The position numbers and the translations under genes were made by a program. A stretch of 64,000 bases of DNA from Nostoc sp. DedSLP01 (lineage in GTDB: Bacteria; Cyanobacteriota; Cyanobacteriia; Cyanobacteriales; Nostocaceae), in contig JAVRCJ020000025.1 in assembly GCA_034530875.2 (NCBI GenBank), forward strand, positions 49,824 to 113,823, in the 5' to 3' direction. The notes below the pieces were generated by a model. The model saw nothing but the letters and a program-made list of their open reading frames with translations. It had not been told where the DNA came from and ran no database searches. Positions 58,777 to 64,000 of this stretch are shown in pieces (positions within the stretch are counted from its first letter, which is position 1; each line of letters opens with the position of its first letter).

Positions 58777-58811
58777 AAATCCCCGATTTTTTTCAAGAAA
58801 TTGGGGATTTT
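58777..58811. repeat. Hairpin of the same family as at 38068-38098; probably also terminates the convergent genes
   Basis: AAATCCCCGATTTTTTTCAAGAAATTGGGGATTT. Confidence 0.6.
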
Positions 58812-58825
58812 GTTTTTGAGAAATA

Positions 58826-59494
58826 TTATGGTTTTGGAGGTGAAGGAGGAGCAGATAATATAACGATATTTGTCACATTACTAACGTAACGACCTCCAGC
58901 TTTGTCACCTGGAACTACTAAACGAGCAAATCCTTCATCTGTTAAATATACAACCTTACCATTACTAGCTTTTTTTGCAAATGCAACTAGCACTGTTTTC
59001 CCTTCAAAGTTAGGTTGAATTTCACCAATAGCTACAACTGCACCATAGCAATCTGTGGCATCAACTAAAACATATTGCCTTAGAAAAGAGTTTTTAGGAT
59101 TCACTCCAGAATTCCCAGGTTTTAAACTACCTCCGGCTTTGGGATTATTAATTAATTCCCATAGGGGAACTCCATAGTATGTTTCTGTTCGGGGGCCTGA
59201 GCCTGTTTGAAAGCTAACAGTGATTTCGGTAACTAATGCTGGATTTTGTTGTTTTAAAGCATTTCGTAAATTTCTCAGCTTTTGTAAGTTATATGTAGTT
59301 GGATTGTTGATTTCTCCACCTAAGCGAAAACTTTGCGAAGAACCTCCAAGACACTTTTTTTTGTTCCAAATAGATGGTGTTTTTTCTTGGCGATCGCTAG
59401 CAAGCCCACTATTTGATTCAGCTAAAGTAAGCTGCGATAAAATCAGTATTGATAGTATTAAAGATGCAATGCGTATTTTGCGGCTAAAACGCAT
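58826..59494 (-). CDS. Secreted protein with a molybdopterin-oxidoreductase-like domain
   Basis: Signal peptide; TYYGVPLWELI, ATDCY....GEI.P.F, RLVVPGD..GGRYVSNV. Confidence 0.7.
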   Translation of the reverse strand: MRFSRKIRIASLILSILILSQLTLAESNSGLASDRQEKTPSIWNKKKCLGGSSQSFRLGGEINNPTTYNLQKLRNLRNALKQQNPALVTEITVSFQTGSGPRTETYYGVPLWELINNPKAGGSLKPGNSGVNPKNSFLRQYVLVDATDCYGAVVAIGEIQPNFEGKTVLVAFAKKASNGKVVYLTDEGFARLVVPGDKAGGRYVSNVTNIVILSAPPSPPKP

Positions 59495-59819
59495 AAAACA
59501 TTTCTCCGTTTCCTATTGGATATTCAAAAAATTACAAATGAATCAGCAGCCAAAATTAGCCACAAATCTCTTGTAAGATTTGCATTTTTTTGGATTCAGT
59601 CTATCTGTGCAATGTACTAAAGATAATACCAACTTTTTGGGTAAATACCAAATAATATGGTAATAAAACGCTAATAAAATTAATTTTTATTTCTTTTTAA
59701 AATAATTAAGCTTAATACTGTAGAGAAATTTTCTCTAAGTATCAAGCTAATAAACTCTATTCCTGGCTTAAAGGTCTTAAATATGAGGCTAAACCTCTGT
59801 TAGTGAAATTATCAAGATA

Positions 59820-60056
59820 GAATTCAGGAGTCAGGAGTCAGAATTCAGTAGGAATTGGAGTCCGACTGGCGGATAGCGCAGCGTTAGCGAGTATTCGAGC
59901 GTCGCGTCTGAATAACTGGGTTTAAGACCCCACCAAATCTACGATTTGGTGCTAAACAATCAGTCGGGGATTCAGACCCGCGACTGATAGCGAAGCTAAG
60001 CCGTGTCCGCGAGCGTCTTGATTCTGACTCCTGAATTCTGAATTCTGAATTCTTCT
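59820..60056. repeat. Composite element: inverted STRR arms (gaattca/ggagtca) enclosing hairpins and two 28-nt SDR-like inserts
   Basis: Left GAATTCAGGAGTCAGGAGTCAGAATTCAG, right CTGACTCCTGAATTCTGAATTCTGAATTC; inserts at 59876-59903 and 59990-60017, both GCG...GAGCGTC. Confidence 0.7.
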
Positions 60057-60074
60057 TCAATTAATGAACGTCCT

Positions 60075-60989
60075 ATGAATTGGAGTGCTGCATTACCAAC
60101 TTTTTTTATTACCTTAAGAGAAGGCGTAGAAGCTGCTTTAGTTGTGGGTATCGTCTTCGCCTGTTTACAACAAGCTCAACAACAAAAATTGCAGCGTTGG
60201 GTTTACTTAGGAGTTCTGGCTGGTATCTTAGCAAGTTTTGTATTTGGTTTGCTAATTCATGTAGGACTACAAGGATTGCAAACATCTAAGCAACTGTATG
60301 CACCGGTGTTCAAGCAACTTTTTGAGGTGGGGTTAGGCGTAATTGCGATCGCCATGCTCAGTTGGATGCTAATTTGGATGACGCGACAAGCACGATTTCT
60401 CAAAGCTGAGATTGAAGGTTCTGTCAAAAGTGCCTTAGGCGAAAGCAATAGCGCAGGTTGGGGGATTTTTAGCTTGATTTTTATTGCTGTGTTTCGCGAA
60501 GGTTTAGAAACAGCTTTGTTTATCGTCGCTAAGTTTCAAGAAGGTTTGACGCCTGTTTTAGGTGCAATGGGAGGATTAGCGATCGCTGTTCTCATTGGGA
60601 TGCTGCTATTTAAGTGGAGTGTCCGTATTAATTTAAGCCAATTTTTCCAAGTGATGGGGGTATTGCTGCTGCTGATTGTCTCTGGGTTGGTAATTTCTGT
60701 GCTGCGCCATGTTGATGCTGCGGCGATCGCTTTTAGCCATATTAATCCTGAAGTCTTAGGCGTTTGCGGACAAGGAAATACATCTTGTGTTTTAGGCCCC
60801 CAAGTTTGGGACTTCTCAACTATTTTACCTGACCGTCAATTTCCTGGTATTTTGCTGAAAACTTTATTTGGTTACACCCAAAAATTGTATTTAGTTCAAG
60901 CTGTCGGTTATCTGCTTTTTTGGATAACCGTAGGCGGTCTTTATTTCCGCAGTCTCAGCCAACCGAAACAATTAATTACTAATTCGTAA
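60075..60989 (+). CDS. FTR1/EfeU family iron permease
   Basis: Two REGxE motifs (LREGVEA, FREGLET) and about 7 TM helices. Confidence 0.93.
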   Translation: MNWSAALPTFFITLREGVEAALVVGIVFACLQQAQQQKLQRWVYLGVLAGILASFVFGLLIHVGLQGLQTSKQLYAPVFKQLFEVGLGVIAIAMLSWMLIWMTRQARFLKAEIEGSVKSALGESNSAGWGIFSLIFIAVFREGLETALFIVAKFQEGLTPVLGAMGGLAIAVLIGMLLFKWSVRINLSQFFQVMGVLLLLIVSGLVISVLRHVDAAAIAFSHINPEVLGVCGQGNTSCVLGPQVWDFSTILPDRQFPGILLKTLFGYTQKLYLVQAVGYLLFWITVGGLYFRSLSQPKQLITNS

Positions 60990-61165
60990 TTCGTAATTCG
61001 TAATTCGTAATTATGGAAAATACAGTTCAGTTAAGTATTAACTATTTTTCTTTGATTACTTGGCAATTTATAATAAATTGACTTAAATCGAGAACTTTAC
61101 CCTTAACTGAACCGTATTAAATTATATAATTAAATTACGAATTACGAATTACGAATTACGAATTA
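60979..61165. repeat. Inverted STRR arms (taattcg)n / (attacga)n enclosing a 100-bp MITE-like element
   Basis: TIR AATACAGTTCAGTTAAG (61019-61035) / CTTAACTGAACCGTATT (61102-61118), one mismatch. Confidence 0.75.
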
Positions 61166-61174
61166 TTTTGACTG

Positions 61175-62113
61175 ATGTCCTTATTACTTACGCCACCCTT
61201 TGTACAACAAATAAATAGCGAGATTGCCTGTAAGTCTGGTGTTAATTTGTCTGTGCTACGTCTCGATGTTATGCACCCGTGGGTTAATGGGAATAAGTGG
61301 TTTAAGTTGAAGTACAACCTTTTAGAAGCGAAGCAGAAAAATTTCACCAAGCTGCTTACTTTTGGTGGCGCTTATTCAAATCACATCTATGCAACCGCAG
61401 CAGCGGGTAACCTTTTGGGATTTCATACAATTGGCGTCATTCGTGGGGAAGAAAAGTTACCATTGAATCCAACGTTGAGTTTTGCTGTACAGCAGGGTAT
61501 GGAACTTGTGTACGTGTCGCGCGAGATGTACCGCCAACGCAACACAGCAGCACTACACGAACGTCTGCGACAGCGTTTCGGCGAAGTGTTTATCATTCCT
61601 GAAGGCGGTAATAATTTAAACGGCGTGCGCGGTTGCACGGAGATAATTAGTGAAGCGCTCGCTTTTGATTATATTTGCATAGCTTGCGGTACTGCTACAA
61701 CGCTGGCTGGAATTGCACTTTCGTTGCATCCAGGACAAAAAGCGATCGGTTTTCCTGTATTGAAAAATGGTATTTTTCTGCGAGAAGAAATCGAAAGCCT
61801 ATTAACAAATTACCTCGCCTCTGGTTTACCAACTCCATATAATTTTCCCGGTTCTTGGGAATTAATCTGCGATTATCACTTTGGTGGCTATGCAAAAGTA
61901 AATCAGGAGTTGCTACGATTCAGCCAAGAGTTTGGCGAAGCACACGGCATACCTCTGGATTACGTATACACTGCAAAAATGTTTTATGGAGTGGTGGATT
62001 TATTAAAGCAAGGTTTTTTTGGTAAAGGCAAAAGTTTGCTGCTGGTACATACGGGTGGCTTACAGGGTAATGTTGGTATGCAAGAAAGATTGCAGAAAAT
62101 TTCTCAAATCTAA
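61175..62113 (+). CDS. PLP-dependent ACC deaminase/D-cysteine desulfhydrase family protein
   Basis: GNKWFKL (PLP Lys), FGGAYSNH, IPEGG, LDYVYTAK, HTGGLQG. Confidence 0.9.
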   Translation: MSLLLTPPFVQQINSEIACKSGVNLSVLRLDVMHPWVNGNKWFKLKYNLLEAKQKNFTKLLTFGGAYSNHIYATAAAGNLLGFHTIGVIRGEEKLPLNPTLSFAVQQGMELVYVSREMYRQRNTAALHERLRQRFGEVFIIPEGGNNLNGVRGCTEIISEALAFDYICIACGTATTLAGIALSLHPGQKAIGFPVLKNGIFLREEIESLLTNYLASGLPTPYNFPGSWELICDYHFGGYAKVNQELLRFSQEFGEAHGIPLDYVYTAKMFYGVVDLLKQGFFGKGKSLLLVHTGGLQGNVGMQERLQKISQI

Positions 62114-62149
62114 GTTGGTATTCAGGTAAATAGAAATTATGGCATTCGA

Positions 62150-63463
62150 TCAACGTTTAAAACGTTCTTGTGCCGCTTTAAAAGCTTCTTGCATTACCAA
62201 TTGAATTCTTTGGGGATCGGGTTTTTTACCTCCCATTAAATCGCCAAAGTAAACGCAGGCTGTTTCGCCTAATGCCCAGGTATAGGCGGCTGCCCATGAT
62301 GCAGCGATCGCACTGCCAAAAAGTGGTATAAATTTGACTAATTCCCGGCCGATGGCTTGGGCGAGGAAACCACCAGCGATCGCACTCACAACACCGCCGG
62401 CTTGGGATGGCGTCAATGTTTGGCCGTATAATTTCCCCAAAAGACTCACCATCGAAACTTGCAGGGCAGTTAGCACAGGCATGGTGGCAAATGGCAATGG
62501 CACAGCAGCCAGGGTTGCAGACATAATTGCGAAAGGCAAAATGTAACGGCGTGCTGTATCGCGGTAAAGGCTGCCAATTTGCTTGCCAACTTCTTGCCGA
62601 TCTAATAACTGATAAATCGCTTGGGCTTCAGCTTGGGGAAGTAGTTCTGCAAGCGTATCTCTCAGGGCTTCTAACCCATAAAATACCGGGTTATAGCCAT
62701 CTTCTTCTAAAGTAAAATCAATCAGTACGCAGCGGTCGTACAATCCGGCAAAAGCCTCTTGTATCCCAGCAAATGCACGGCTGACTTGCTCAAAATCTGG
62801 CGGATAGGCAGGATGATCCGCTGTACCGGGAGGATAAGCCTCATGCAGACAGGTAACTGCTAGCAAACAGGGAATATCTGGATACTTCTGGCGCAGCTGT
62901 TGAGCAATTTGTTTTAGAGTGTCAGTTGCAAAATCATTGATTTTGACGGTCAAAATTAAGATTCTTGCAGAACGAGTGTCTTGTTGCAAATCCCCAACTA
63001 ACTCTTGAATTACTGCTTGAGTATCTTGTTTAACATCACCCAATCCTACAGTGTCAGTAAAAATCAGTAATGGTACTTCGTTAGAAGGATAGGCATAACG
63101 CTGGGTGTGTTGGGTATGGGGACGAAAGCCTTGACCGACAATTTCAGCAGAAACTCCCGTCAATCCGCGGACAATCGAGCTTTTCCCGGCTTGGGGTTTG
63201 CCAATTAACAGGGCTTCGGTAGTCGGGAGTTCGGCTCGAACTTTTTCTAAAATCTCTGCAACTTGAGTCTCACTGACGCTAAACCATTCAACAACTGTCT
63301 GTGCCAGTTGTTCTACGGGTAAGAATTGCGTCAAATTTGTTGTTTTCTTCCAGGCGTCAGTAAAACGATTTTTCCAGGAATTACCAACCGATTTTTTCGT
63401 CACAGTATCGGTGAGTTCACTCAATTGCTGAGAGTCACGATCGCTTTGCTCAGTCATTGCCAT
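62150..63463 (-). CDS. Era/MMR_HSR1-like GTPase with a C-terminal DUF697 (YcjF-like) membrane domain
   Basis: GKPQAGKS P-loop, DTVG; C-terminal AAVPLP...LQVSMV..LG.LYG. Confidence 0.85.
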   Translation of the reverse strand: MAMTEQSDRDSQQLSELTDTVTKKSVGNSWKNRFTDAWKKTTNLTQFLPVEQLAQTVVEWFSVSETQVAEILEKVRAELPTTEALLIGKPQAGKSSIVRGLTGVSAEIVGQGFRPHTQHTQRYAYPSNEVPLLIFTDTVGLGDVKQDTQAVIQELVGDLQQDTRSARILILTVKINDFATDTLKQIAQQLRQKYPDIPCLLAVTCLHEAYPPGTADHPAYPPDFEQVSRAFAGIQEAFAGLYDRCVLIDFTLEEDGYNPVFYGLEALRDTLAELLPQAEAQAIYQLLDRQEVGKQIGSLYRDTARRYILPFAIMSATLAAVPLPFATMPVLTALQVSMVSLLGKLYGQTLTPSQAGGVVSAIAGGFLAQAIGRELVKFIPLFGSAIAASWAAAYTWALGETACVYFGDLMGGKKPDPQRIQLVMQEAFKAAQERFKR

Positions 63464-63587
63464 GAAAACGGTAGATGGAATTTAAATCCTGTCCATCTTT
63501 ATCCTACTGTTAAAATCGGTTCAGCTTCGGCGATCGCATTTCGATTCAGAAGACAGTTCCGATGAAAACATTTTTCAGCACATCAGC

Positions 63588-63848
63588 TTAATACTGACTC
63601 ATACCAGTAAATTGGGTGGAACTGCCTGGAACCTTAGCACTGCAAGCTACAGATGTAATTCGGGCATCAAACACTTGAATCCGGCAAGTCCCTGTAGTGT
63701 TAGACACCTGTAGATTACTGGCAGATGTGGCAAAATTCTGAACTCGGCCTTGTAAAACAAAACTATTAGGATTGTGTGAGTTAGTGCCGCGCAGCTGATT
63801 GATAGTGCCGATGTAACGCACCTCCGCTGTGGACAACCACCCTGGCAA
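63588..63848 (-). CDS. Hypothetical protein fragment, possibly a decayed gene
   Basis: Plausible C-terminal domain (FVLQGRVQNFATS...TGTCRIQVFDAR...C), but only a TTG start with an in-frame stop just upstream. Confidence 0.4.
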   Translation of the reverse strand: MPGWLSTAEVRYIGTINQLRGTNSHNPNSFVLQGRVQNFATSASNLQVSNTTGTCRIQVFDARITSVACSAKVPGSSTQFTGMSQY

Positions 63849-64000
63849 CCTTAATCGGGGTCGATGTCAGCCTGATTACCGCAGCCGATTTCATCAGCCT
63901 CTAGACTGTTGATACAAGTTGATTTCAAGGGGCGACAAGCGAGCTAAAGTGCTTGCTGTATAAGCTTCATGGCTCTTAAACCTCGCTGATAATATGCCTG

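Noticed and set aside
61175..62113. True ACC deaminase (plant ethylene modulation)
   Set aside because: The sequence fits the broad ACCD/DCD-like family, but I cannot see the residues that distinguish AcdS; substrate left unassigned.

Overview
Chromosomal window from a filamentous, heterocyst-forming cyanobacterium (Nostocales-like). The basis is frequent HIP1 GCGATCGC octamers, heptameric STRR repeats, petF, a psb34-like gene, avaK-like genes and a cox3/ARTO-type operon. It is mostly core and housekeeping genes: a thiO-thiG fusion, map, bvdR, petF, srxA-dps, nnr, mnmA, a probable ftn6, and DUF2231x2-coxBAC. It also has signalling modules (PAS kinase/STAS/REC-PP2C, and an orphan CheB with a hybrid kinase), transporters (KirBac, MFS, FTR1) and three tandem PRC-barrel/DUF2382 genes. 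No rRNA, tRNA, CRISPR array or intact transposase was seen. Intergenic DNA is rich in small repeats: STRR, GTAG/REP-like palindromes, SDR-like inserts, and several MITE-like elements, one with a clear 9-bp target duplication. The best leads for something undescribed are: (i) an RHH-like plus small membrane protein pair next to a Uma2 nuclease (candidate toxin-antitoxin or defence module); (ii) an orphan double-glycine-leader protein behind a perfect 20-bp direct repeat; (iii) an XRE-HTH/GrpE fusion at the end of a putative FurC-controlled srxA-dps operon; (iv) a C-terminal PIRALW motif; (v) tandem NtcA/CRP-hybrid sites between cheB and the CuA-less oxidase operon. All family assignments come from motif recognition by eye; no database searches were run.
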